A DNA stretch of 64,000 nucleotides from Bryobacteraceae bacterium (lineage in GTDB: Bacteria; Acidobacteriota; Terriglobia; Bryobacterales; Bryobacteraceae). How positions within the stretch are numbered: the first letter of the stretch is position 1; each line of letters begins with the position of its first letter. The notes under the pieces are model-generated. The model made no database searches. It had not been told where the DNA came from and saw only the letters and a list, made by a program, of their open reading frames with translations. Positions 9,542 to 17,985 of the stretch are shown here, in pieces. The DNA lies in NCBI GenBank assembly GCA_035569875.1, contig DATMMD010000175.1, positions 7,654-71,653 on the forward strand, given 5' to 3'. The translations under genes were made by a program, and so were the position numbers.

Positions 9542-10657
9542 AGCCCGCCCTGCATTGATCTACGGCGGATTCCTGCATCGCTACGATCATCTGTACCACG
9601 TTGCTGTTGGCCTCCCTTTTTCGCTCGCTGACAACTGTCCCGTAGAGGTTCGTCGTAGTAGTGATGGAGGCGTGACGCATAAGCTCCTTCTGAACCGCAA
9701 CCGATGCCCCCACATCATCCAGCCAACTTCGGTAGGAATGCCTAAAGGTGTGCCAACCAACTTTGCCTTGTATAGCCGCCGCCGCAGCCGCCCTGCGGAT
9801 ATAACGCTTCTGAATCTCCTCCTGGTGGTACGGCCTCCCCGTAACGGGATTTGCAAACAACCAGGCTTCCGCAGTCGGATAGCACCGCTCTCGGTAGAGC
9901 AGCAGCGCCTCCGCTAGAACGGGGTCGATCGGCACACACTCCTGACTGGCTTCGGTCTTCGCGGGGCCAATTCGACCGTGGACGATTCCTCGCTGTATGA
10001 GCAGCGTACCGAGCTCGAAGTCGAAGTCCGACCACTGTAGTCCCACGATCTCACTACATCGCAAGCCGAGGCATCCCGCGATCAGAAACATGGTCCTGTA
10101 GGGATCGGGAGAATACGAAACAAGCGCGCTGAATTCCCCAGGCTCCAAAATTCGCGGTCGCTTCAATCGCTTAGTCCCTCCTTTCACACGAACGTGGGAT
10201 ATCGGATTTCGGTCGAGCAGATCCCACCTCACTGCGCTTTCAAAGAGCACATGCATCAGACCTCGGATGTGCGCCTTCGTTTTGGGGGCCAGGGGGAGGC
10301 CGCTGAGCCACTGCTCTACCGCGACCGCTTTTACACTGGCGAGCGGTGTGTCAGCCCAACGCGGCTTGATGTGGACGTCGAGGTTAGACCGTACGCCGCC
10401 CTGGTTGAATAGCGCTCCGGCATTTCCTCCTCTTCATAGCGGCCGATCAGCGCACCAAACTTTAGATCAGCCGCAGAAACGGCACGGTCCTCGTTTATCT
10501 TCATCAACAGAGCCTGGACTTTTGCCGTTTTCCTCACGGCCGACTTGGTCGGGTATTCAGTGAGCGTCCCGACCGTGACGGCCCTACGCCTTCGTGGATG
10601 CCCCGGTTCGTAATACCGAAGCTCCCAACTTGAATCTCCTTTCTTCCGCGTCTTCAA
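9540..10657 (-). pseudogene. Tyrosine recombinase (phage integrase family), frameshifted
   Basis: The N-terminal ORF 10331-10657 (MKTRKKGDSSWELRYYEPG...) and the catalytic ORF 9540-10256 (...HTFRHSYRSWL...LMRHASITTTTNLYG) are in different frames. The reading ...YGL(N)LDVHIKPRWADTPLASVKAVAVEQW... is restored by a 1-nt shift near 10377-10393. Confidence 0.8.
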
Positions 10658-10910
10658 TAGAAGACTCCGAATTGGTATCGTACTCTCCTAAACATATTGG
10701 TGTCTTTTCATTAGAGGACACGAGTGGCGGCGTTGAGGATACCGCACTCCGCAACCACAAGCCTAGTTCCGTGGCCCTGAATCGCCACAGATCGTCAATT
10801 CTTGTTGCCGGTAGGTTTCCTTCCCGAGCAAGCTTTTGTAAGGTTTTGGGATGTATACCCAGCAAATGTGCGGCCTGTTCGGTCTTGAGTAGCGGTTCAA
10901 AATTTTCCAT
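10584..10910 (-). CDS. Excisionase/AlpA-like helix-turn-helix protein
   Basis: LLKTEQAAHLLGIHPKTLQKLAREGNLPATRIDDLWRFRATELGLWL matches the excisionase-type HTH. An SD-like GGTGA precedes the ATG at 10910. The 3' end overlaps the integrase start. Confidence 0.6.
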   Translation of the reverse strand: MENFEPLLKTEQAAHLLGIHPKTLQKLAREGNLPATRIDDLWRFRATELGLWLRSAVSSTPPLVSSNEKTPICLGEYDTNSESSIEDAEERRFKLGASVLRTGASTKA

Positions 10911-11337
10911 GGTCACCTATTTTGAAAAGCGATATTGCGTTCATTCGTGGTCCAACGACGACGATTGGCTGACTGCAATAGAAAAGCGTTGCCGGAGGAG
11001 TTTATTGAACGAGCCAATCCGGGAAAATGCGAGTGGGGGGCGCCGGGAGCTCTACCGCTCATTGAATTCGATCGGTGCGCCTTTGAACAGCACCGGCGAC
11101 GAGCAACTCCCGGCAGCGCCAAGATCTGATGTCGGCCGACGACGGTCCAGAAGCGTCTCGAATCCATGATTCTGTCCGGCGGGCTGGCTGACACGGAATA
11201 GGGATTATCGAAGAAACGATTCAATGAATAGGAGAAACCAGCCTTTAATCAGCATAGGTCGTGTCGAACTGCCGGTCCAATGTTTTGTTGATACGATTGA
11301 CCCGCCACCTACATCATCGGCGTTATTCCTCGCCAGC

Positions 11338-12018
11338 CTTGATGTTCCATCGCGCGGCGGCTTCATGACGGCGCCTGTGTGGATTCGGGGAATCCTGAGC
11401 GATGAGTATGGAGTCCCGATCACCAGCGCCATCTATCTGAGTGGCGGGGAGGAGGAGCCGGGCCGCGACGAGAAAATCGCGCTCTCGTTAGCGCCTGAGA
11501 TCCGTGTCGAAGCTATTCCGCGCACTAAAACTCTATCGCGAATGATTGAGTCGGGAGAAATTGACGCCCTATACACGGCTCGAGCCCCCTCGACGTTCCA
11601 CAGCGGAGATGGCAGCGTGCGAAGGTTGTTTCCCGACTATCTAACCGTGGAACAAAATTACTACAAGAAGACCGGTATCTTTCCCATCATGCACGTGATT
11701 GCTATTCGGCGAGCCGTCTATGAAAAGAATCCATGAGTCGCGCAGTCATTATACAAGGCATTCCTGATTGCTCAGAAAGAGGCTTATCAGGATTTACACG
11801 AAACGGCCGCGTTGAAGACTATGCTTCCGCGGGCGGTACATCACGTAGAAGAAGTGGAGCGGCTGATGGGAAGCGATTATTGGCCCTATGGGCTGGATTC
11901 AAATGTGCACGTTTTGAATACCTTTCTGCGGTATTCCTATGAGCAAGGACTCTCGAAGCGCCAATTGACTGCGAAAGATCTCTTCGCGAAAGAAACCCTG
12001 GAATCGTTCAAGATTTGA
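11338..12018 (+). pseudogene. 5'-truncated paralog of the 26526-27470 gene (4,5-dihydroxyphthalate-decarboxylase-like / periplasmic-binding-fold family) with an in-frame TGA at 11734-11736
   Basis: Track ORFs 11224-11736 and 11812-12018 are in the same frame. The read-through gives ...AVYEKNP*VAQSLYKAFLIAQKEAYQDLHETAALKTMLP.... Similarity to the intact paralog starts only around TAPVWIRGIL, which matches TTGLWARGVL about 115 aa into the paralog. Confidence 0.7.
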
Positions 12019-12118
12019 GCGTCGTTATGACGAGAACCAGGCCCCGTTACTCGTTTCGGATTTTTTTCCCTTAGTTGACAGTCTCTCAACGTCCTACCTA
12101 TTCTTGGTGATAGTGACA

Positions 12119-13303
12119 ATGCCACGGCTGAGCAATCCCGGCACGCTGCTGCTGAGCGGGATCCTTGCCGCTATGATGCTGCTCGTGCTGTATGCGCAAG
12201 AACACGGGCCCCAGCCGGCTGGTGGCGACATCATTCCCATCCGCCAGGTTTACGATCCGTTCCCGGTTTTCAACGGACTGGCGATCGATCCGGAGAACAA
12301 TCTGGTTGCGATGACGGACGTAAACCGTAAGAGCATTCTGAGCTACTCCCGCATCGCCGAATCCCGCCGCGGAGGAGTTACGGATCCTCAACGCCAAATC
12401 TTCGGGCCGCTCACGAACGTCGGCTTCGTCGCAGGCATCGTATTGGATCCTCAGCACAAGGAAATTCTCGCTGTCAATAACGACATCGAGGATACGCTCA
12501 TCGTACTTCCCTACGACGCACACGGCAACGAGTCGCCCAAGCGAATGCTCTCAGTTCCGCACCAAGCTTGGGGGCTGGCAGTGAGCCGTACGCACGATGA
12601 ACTGGCGATCACGATAGAGCTTCAGGAAGCGGTGGTCATTTATAAAAGAGAGGCGCATAACGTGGAAGCGCCGATGCGCGTGATTCGCGGTCCAAACGCG
12701 GGCCTCGCGGATCCACACGGCATTCTGTGGGATGACCAGCACAACGAAATCACGGTGGCGAATCATGGAAACTACCGGGGCTTGGTGAAAGACACCGGCG
12801 GCGGCTGCGTACCCAACGGCAACGCAGAACCCGAAGCCGGCGCCGTGCTGCCTCCTTCCATCACGACATATTCGGGCGACACCAAGGGAGACGCTAAGCC
12901 CCTTCGTACCATCCAGGGCGATAAAACCAAGTTGGATTTTCCGATGGGCCTCGGCGACGACCCTGCCAACAACGAGTTCGCTGTCGCCAACAACGGCGAC
13001 AACTCCGTGCTGATCTTTTCCCGGACTGCCGCGGGGAATGTAGCGCCTGCACGCGTGATCGCTGGCCCCGAAACAGGTATTAACCGCCCCATGGGCGTGG
13101 CGATCGATACCGTGAACAACGAGCTTTGGGTCTCGAACTTCATTGACCATTCCGCCCTGGTGTTCGACCGGAAAGCGAACGGCAATGCGGCTCCGAAGCG
13201 AATTATACGGACTGCTCCCGCAGGCACGCCGAGCCCCGGATTCGGGAATCCACAGGCAGTCGCGTACGATTCCAAGCGCGGGCAAATCCTGGTCCCCAAT
13301 TGA
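12119..13303 (+). CDS. YVTN/NHL-like beta-propeller repeat protein, N-terminal ORF with a signal anchor. It may continue through the TGA at 13301.
   Basis: Hydrophobic N-terminus (LLLSGILAAMMLLVLYA). Repeated blades of about 45 aa show ...G(N/D)..P.R.I.G......P.G...D....E..V.N. ATG at 12119 is preferred over TTG at 12104. Confidence 0.8.
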   Translation: MPRLSNPGTLLLSGILAAMMLLVLYAQEHGPQPAGGDIIPIRQVYDPFPVFNGLAIDPENNLVAMTDVNRKSILSYSRIAESRRGGVTDPQRQIFGPLTNVGFVAGIVLDPQHKEILAVNNDIEDTLIVLPYDAHGNESPKRMLSVPHQAWGLAVSRTHDELAITIELQEAVVIYKREAHNVEAPMRVIRGPNAGLADPHGILWDDQHNEITVANHGNYRGLVKDTGGGCVPNGNAEPEAGAVLPPSITTYSGDTKGDAKPLRTIQGDKTKLDFPMGLGDDPANNEFAVANNGDNSVLIFSRTAAGNVAPARVIAGPETGINRPMGVAIDTVNNELWVSNFIDHSALVFDRKANGNAAPKRIIRTAPAGTPSPGFGNPQAVAYDSKRGQILVPN

Positions 13304-14179
13304 GTGGCCCAGCCGCGTATTGCGGCCTTCGCCCGGGGGGCGAACGGGACTATGGCTCCAGAAAGAATCATTACCGGCGGCGCGACGAAGATGTCCCGGA
13401 CGGTGCACGGTATCGCTTACGATCCGGTTCAGGACGAGGTCTACGTAACCAACGCGCTGGCCGATGCGGTGCTGGTGTTCCGCGGTGGCGCGGAAGGCCC
13501 TGCGCCCCCCGTCAGGACGATTCAGGGACCTTGTACCGGTATGGAGAATCCGCACGCGATCAGCCTGGATCTGGCGCATCGCGAAATCCTGGTCGCGAGC
13601 TTGAGCGCGAGGTCCATCGCGATATTTCCGATGGAAGGAAACGGCAACGTGACGCCGAAGCGCTACATCAAGGGGCCTAAGACCGGCTTGGGCCACACCG
13701 TCGGTTTGGGGGTCGATCCGGGAACGAATGTCCTGGTCGTCGCGAACGCCGAAGACATCCTGTTCTTTGATCGCCTCGCGTCGGGCGACGTCGCGCCGAT
13801 CGGCCAGATCAAAGGCGAGCACACCGGAATTCGGGATGAACCTTGGGAGCTACAGATCTACAAAGGAAAGATCTTCCTGGCGGCGTCCAACCATTTGCAC
13901 CTCAACCTCTACTCCCAAGTCACGCTCAAGCCCGAATATAGCCACGGCGACGCCAAAATTCCCGACGACCCGTGGCTCAATCCCCAGTTGGGATTCATCG
14001 GCGTCTGGAATGTGCGCGATCGCGGTGACGTGCCGCCTCGCGTGAAGATCGGTGGTCCATTCAGCGAATTGGTGCATCCCACAGGTTTGGCGCTCAATCC
14101 CGTGGACGGTGAGATCTACGTGACCGATAGCATCCGCAACAGCTTGTTCTCGTTCCTGGTCCCCGCGCTCTTGAAGTAG
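13304..14179 (+). CDS. YVTN/NHL-like beta-propeller repeat protein, C-terminal ORF in frame with 12119-13303
   Basis: Same blade motif as the upstream ORF. The only start is the GTG directly after the TGA. There is no SD and no signal peptide. Confidence 0.75.
   Translation: MAQPRIAAFARGANGTMAPERIITGGATKMSRTVHGIAYDPVQDEVYVTNALADAVLVFRGGAEGPAPPVRTIQGPCTGMENPHAISLDLAHREILVASLSARSIAIFPMEGNGNVTPKRYIKGPKTGLGHTVGLGVDPGTNVLVVANAEDILFFDRLASGDVAPIGQIKGEHTGIRDEPWELQIYKGKIFLAASNHLHLNLYSQVTLKPEYSHGDAKIPDDPWLNPQLGFIGVWNVRDRGDVPPRVKIGGPFSELVHPTGLALNPVDGEIYVTDSIRNSLFSFLVPALLK
13312..13344 (+). promoter_or_regulatory. Two stem-loops immediately 3' of the in-frame TGA (candidate SECIS-like or recoding element)
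   Basis: GCCGC-guauu-GCGGC at 13312-13326 and UUCGCC-cgggg-GGCGAA at 13328-13344. Equivalent hairpins sit at the same offsets in the paralog. Confidence 0.35.
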
Positions 14180-14193
14180 ACCTTGCTGAGGCG

Positions 14194-14225
14194 CTATTTG
14201 ATACCGATCCTATTTGATACCGATC
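14194..14225 (+). repeat. Perfect 16-bp tandem duplication CTATTTGATACCGATC x2
   Basis: Read directly. The second copy (14210-14225) encodes the last residues (IGIK) and the stop of the minus-strand permease. Confidence 0.9.
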
Positions 14226-15652
14226 AGGGGCCAGTAGAGCGGCACAACCAAGAGCAGCAACAGCGAATCCACGAGGCTCATGATCAGGCCGAGCCGGAGA
14301 ACGTCCTTCGCGCGGAAATAATTGTATGCGTACCCGATTACCAGCACCCCGGACTGATACACGAAGATCTTTCCGCCTGAGGAGAATACCCACAGCATGC
14401 CCAGCTTCAGCGGGCTCAAGCCATGGGTGATCGCGACCTGCATCAGCAACGGCATCGAGGTGCCGAGCATGGAAATTTCGCTGGCCAGGAACAGGTGGTA
14501 GAGGAAGCCCGTCCAATACAGCGCAAACGTGGAAAGCAGCTGGTGAGGCAGCAAAGGCTCCAGCCACCCGAAGACAATGTTGGTGAGGACCGCCAAGCCG
14601 CGCGACGCGCTGAGAACCTTGCCCATGCTGACCGCAGCGGCGACAAAGAACAGCTGCAGGAAGTTCAGCTTCCGCATGTCTTGGATGGTCAGGATGCCAG
14701 CGAACGGCAGTACTCCTAACAAGCCGATACCGAGCCCGATCATCGAAGAAGGAATGTGGTGCAGGAAGTCGGTGGCCCAGAGCGCGATCGCCAACAACAT
14801 CAGGGCCATCGATTTCTTTTCCAGCGACGACCACGGACCCGCTTTGCGCAATTCATCCTGCAAGTGTTGTACACCACCAGGTAACGTAGCCACTTCCGGA
14901 GGATAGAGCCACAGCGTCAGCCTCCACGCCACCAGGATCGTGATGATGTCCGAAGGCAGGTACGCCACCAGCCACTGGCTCCATAGCACTTCGACGTGAC
15001 CCACGTTCTCGATGATGCCGCGTCCGGTGATCGCCGCCGCGCCGGCGATGATCGATTTATCGAACACTCCTGCCGTGTAGGTCAAGATGAGGAACATACC
15101 CCGACCGACATTGCTCCCGGGCCCCAACCCAAACGCCTGGATCAGTCCGGTAGCCACTGCGGCCATAACGGTCACGCGCGCCATTCCTGAAGGCACAAGA
15201 AAAGTTAACAAGAAATCCGAGAGGATTAAGGCGAGCAACAGGCGCGAGTAACTGGTACCAATGCGGATTGTGATCAGGTACGCCAGCCGCTTCGCCAGTC
15301 CCGACTTGCTGGCCATGGTGCCGAATAGAATCGCGCCCATCAGAAACCAGGGCGTATCGTCGGCGAATCCACTGAACGCAACGTCGAACTTGACCACACC
15401 GAGCGCCCAGAAGAGATAGCAGCCGATCAGGCCGGTGAGTCCGTGATCCATTACCTCCGTGGCCCACGCCAGGATCATAAACAGCGAGATGGCGATGGCG
15501 TGCTGCGCTTTCGGTTCCAGATGCAAAGGTAGAAACCAAAGCGCGATGGGTGCCGCTATCGACAGCACGGCCTTCCAAACGCTCGGCGAGGCGCTCCTGT
15601 CGAGGGCCGCAGCAGAGGAAGGCGGAGAGATCGTGCCTACGCTATCAGCCAT
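14210..15652 (-). CDS. Anion permease of the ArsB/NhaD superfamily (SLC13/DASS-like)
   Basis: Polytopic membrane protein, about 480 aa from the internal ATG (MADSVG...). The motif style is ...FMILAWATEVMDHGLTGLIG...TPWFLMGAILFG.... The longer track ORF would overlap the aldolase gene. Confidence 0.7.
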   Translation of the reverse strand: MADSVGTISPPSSAAALDRSASPSVWKAVLSIAAPIALWFLPLHLEPKAQHAIAISLFMILAWATEVMDHGLTGLIGCYLFWALGVVKFDVAFSGFADDTPWFLMGAILFGTMASKSGLAKRLAYLITIRIGTSYSRLLLALILSDFLLTFLVPSGMARVTVMAAVATGLIQAFGLGPGSNVGRGMFLILTYTAGVFDKSIIAGAAAITGRGIIENVGHVEVLWSQWLVAYLPSDIITILVAWRLTLWLYPPEVATLPGGVQHLQDELRKAGPWSSLEKKSMALMLLAIALWATDFLHHIPSSMIGLGIGLLGVLPFAGILTIQDMRKLNFLQLFFVAAAVSMGKVLSASRGLAVLTNIVFGWLEPLLPHQLLSTFALYWTGFLYHLFLASEISMLGTSMPLLMQVAITHGLSPLKLGMLWVFSSGGKIFVYQSGVLVIGYAYNYFRAKDVLRLGLIMSLVDSLLLLLVVPLYWPLIGIK

Positions 15653-16391
15653 TGCCGGTCCCCAAGAAGTAATCCTGCAGCATGCGCCAGCGCTCCTCGT
15701 GGATGCTACTGGACTCGACTCCCTTTCGCGCCGCCAGGATGCCCGTTTTGGTTCTGGCTGAAATAACTGGCAGCTTCGCGAGCGAGGCCGCGCGAAGCAT
15801 TGTTTCCGCAACTTTCTCGATCCTGTGAGCGATGACGCACACGTCTGCGATTCCCGGGCCGGCCACGATGCAGCCGTGGTTCTTCAGCAGTACTGCGCCG
15901 AAAACACCAAGCGAGGCCGCCACATCATCGCCCAACTGAGGTGTCGAGATGCTGACCGCGCCGTTGTCAAGCACCGGCAGCTGATCGGTTAACGCGGCGC
16001 AGTCCTGATCGAGCGGCTCGACCGCGATCCCGAGCGCGGCCATCAGAGTCGATGCCGCGGGGTGCGCGTGGAGTACGCAATGGACATCCGGACGAGCGGA
16101 GTAGATGCGCGCGTGAATGGGCCACTCGCGCACGCCGCTCGATTCACCGGGCCGGTCGACACGCACGCCGTTCAAATCGATTACGATCAGGTCTTCCGGC
16201 TCAAGCTTCCACCAGCTTACCGGCCGGGGTTTGATGAGAATGCAAGAATCCCGCAGATTCTCGCTCGGGAGTCTGGCGCTTAGATGCCCACCTAATCCGT
16301 CGCCGACCGCCTTGGCCGCGAACAAAACCTTGCACGCCTTAACCAATTCCTCGCGGAGTTCGGATTCGCCGCGCGCAGGCCCCCGAGTCAA
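15645..16391 (-). CDS. Class II aldolase/adducin-family protein
   Basis: KACKVLFAAKAV.. in the N-terminal region and a metal-binding VHCVLHAHP motif. Tightly packed in an operon. Confidence 0.8.
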   Translation of the reverse strand: MTRGPARGESELREELVKACKVLFAAKAVGDGLGGHLSARLPSENLRDSCILIKPRPVSWWKLEPEDLIVIDLNGVRVDRPGESSGVREWPIHARIYSARPDVHCVLHAHPAASTLMAALGIAVEPLDQDCAALTDQLPVLDNGAVSISTPQLGDDVAASLGVFGAVLLKNHGCIVAGPGIADVCVIAHRIEKVAETMLRAASLAKLPVISARTKTGILAARKGVESSSIHEERWRMLQDYFLGTGNG

Positions 16392-16393
16392 GG

Positions 16394-17680
16394 TCAGACA
16401 TCCGCCTTCATGAGCTCGCGAGCGCCTTCATCGAATTCGATTTCTCGGTTCAACACCAGAGAGCACGAACGAACCCAGTAGGCATCGCCACGATGCGCCG
16501 CTTCGGGCTCACGCCCCTGCTGCAACGCGCGGATCTCCTGCAGCAGCAGGCGGCGCGCGGCGATGATCGCGGTGTCGCTAGTTCCCAGGCGCTCCCGTGT
16601 GCGGTCGACAGTCGCACCCATGCTCTCCTGCAAGGCCTGGTCCTGAGCGGCAAATCCGTGAATTCCGGTCATGCTGATATTGCGTTGGACCTCGCGGTTG
16701 ATTCCGTAGTTGTTGTCCTTATTGCGAAGCGGCCGGAAGGTGATGGGATCGACCTTGGAGTGAACGAAAGTTTCGTTGGCGATCGCGTCGCGATCTTCCT
16801 CGGAGAGCGGGCCCTCGGGATTCCAGCTTATTGTCCAGACCCAGCAAGTTTCGTCGTCCCGTGGAACCCAGCAGTGGCCATGAATAGAGTTGCCCTTTTG
16901 ATACGGAATCATCGTGTGGCTGGGTAGCAGGAACTGGGTCATGCGCCAGTAGTAGGTGTCCTCTTCGGCATTGCGCCGCACGGCGATGATCAAGCCATAT
17001 TCGGTTTTCTTCACCGTGAATCGCGGGGCCTTGTCCAGCAGATGATATTTGGCCCGCAGATTCGAACTGTCCCGCACCTTCGCCACGTAGGAATCCGTCA
17101 CGCGGAACGCATCCACGGAGGCGTGAAGGAAATTGGAATGGCTGGAATCAATGCCGCCCTCAATGGCTTGCAGGTAATTGGTTTCCTGAAATCGCTTGGA
17201 GATGTGGCGGTTCGAGTCCGGCACGCGAGCCCACTCCAGCTTGGGTAGCTCGGGGGCCTGATCCGGCGGACCGAGGTAAGCCCAAATCAGCCCGCCATAC
17301 TCGCGCGTGGGGTAGGCCGTGATCCGGATTTTGTTCTCGAAACCGTACTCCGGGGGCTCATTCGGCATGTCCACGCAGGCGCCGTCGACAGCATACTTCC
17401 AGCCATGGTAAACGCAGCGCAGACCGCACTCTTCATTTCGTCCCCAGAACAGGCTGGCGCGGCGGTGGGGGCAGAACTCATCGATCAGCCCGACACGCCC
17501 GTGCGTATCGCGGAAGGCAATCAGATCTTCGCCCATCAAGCGAACCCGGACAGGGGCACAATCCGGCGTGGGCACCTCGGAGGCGAGCAGGGCCGGCACC
17601 CAATAACGGCGGAAGTATTCTCCGGCAGGCGTGCCAGGATCCGTCCGGGTCAGAAGGTCATTCTCTTCTCTCGACAGCAT
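16394..17680 (-). CDS. Rieske [2Fe-2S] aromatic-ring-hydroxylating oxygenase, alpha subunit (phthalate-family-like)
   Basis: Rieske motif CPHRRASL...LRCVYHGW, with a large catalytic domain following. Confidence 0.85.
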   Translation of the reverse strand: MLSREENDLLTRTDPGTPAGEYFRRYWVPALLASEVPTPDCAPVRVRLMGEDLIAFRDTHGRVGLIDEFCPHRRASLFWGRNEECGLRCVYHGWKYAVDGACVDMPNEPPEYGFENKIRITAYPTREYGGLIWAYLGPPDQAPELPKLEWARVPDSNRHISKRFQETNYLQAIEGGIDSSHSNFLHASVDAFRVTDSYVAKVRDSSNLRAKYHLLDKAPRFTVKKTEYGLIIAVRRNAEEDTYYWRMTQFLLPSHTMIPYQKGNSIHGHCWVPRDDETCWVWTISWNPEGPLSEEDRDAIANETFVHSKVDPITFRPLRNKDNNYGINREVQRNISMTGIHGFAAQDQALQESMGATVDRTRERLGTSDTAIIAARRLLLQEIRALQQGREPEAAHRGDAYWVRSCSLVLNREIEFDEGARELMKADV

Positions 17681-17690
17681 AAGTTCCAGG

Positions 17691-17978
17691 TTACAAAAAG
17701 CTTCGGAGTTTCTCGGCTGCTTCCACAGGACGGCGGTCCGCTACCAGATCATGCGCCATATGGGCTATTCCATGGAGCCGGGCGATCCCTTCGCGCTGCT
17801 TCGAATCAGGCTCATATTTCAAAACGAACCCAGTAATGGACCAGATCGCGTCAAGCTCCGCCTCGCGGTAAACCAGATGTTCAAAATCCACGGAAACTTC
17901 GAGATGCGCGATGATGTTCCGAAGAGTTTCCGGCGAAAAATCCGTCACTGTCACGATGTGTCCTGGGTTCAACTGCAT
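17691..17978 (-). CDS. Hypothetical protein (95 aa)
   Basis: ORF packed between the propeller gene and the Rieske oxygenase gene with 7-10 nt spacers. No motif. Confidence 0.5.
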   Translation of the reverse strand: MQLNPGHIVTVTDFSPETLRNIIAHLEVSVDFEHLVYREAELDAIWSITGFVLKYEPDSKQREGIARLHGIAHMAHDLVADRRPVEAAEKLRSFL

Positions 17979-17985
17979 GGTCCCG

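Noticed and set aside
11734-11736. TGA in the decarboxylase-like fragment as a recoding site, given an NP-TGA-VAQ context superficially like the propeller PN-TGA-VAQ
   Set aside because: The gene is also 5'-truncated, and I see no hairpin downstream. TGG to TGA is a single transition at a position where I recall Trp in this family. A nonsense mutation is the simpler explanation.
12075-12103. TTGACA at 12075-12080 as a -35 box for propeller A
   Set aside because: There is no convincing -10 hexamer at 16-18 bp spacing. Acidobacterial promoter consensus is also not well enough known to me.
12551-13822. 423-aa ORF on the minus strand
   Set aside because: It is antisense to the propeller genes, which carry a clear repeated blade motif. 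It is rich in R/H/D/G, as expected of a spurious ORF in GC-rich DNA, and has no motif.
14094-15578. Alternative-frame minus-strand ORFs (14094-14834 and 15057-15578) inside the permease gene
   Set aside because: The frame encoding the polytopic membrane protein is clearly the real one. These ORFs are R/P/G-rich out-of-frame products.
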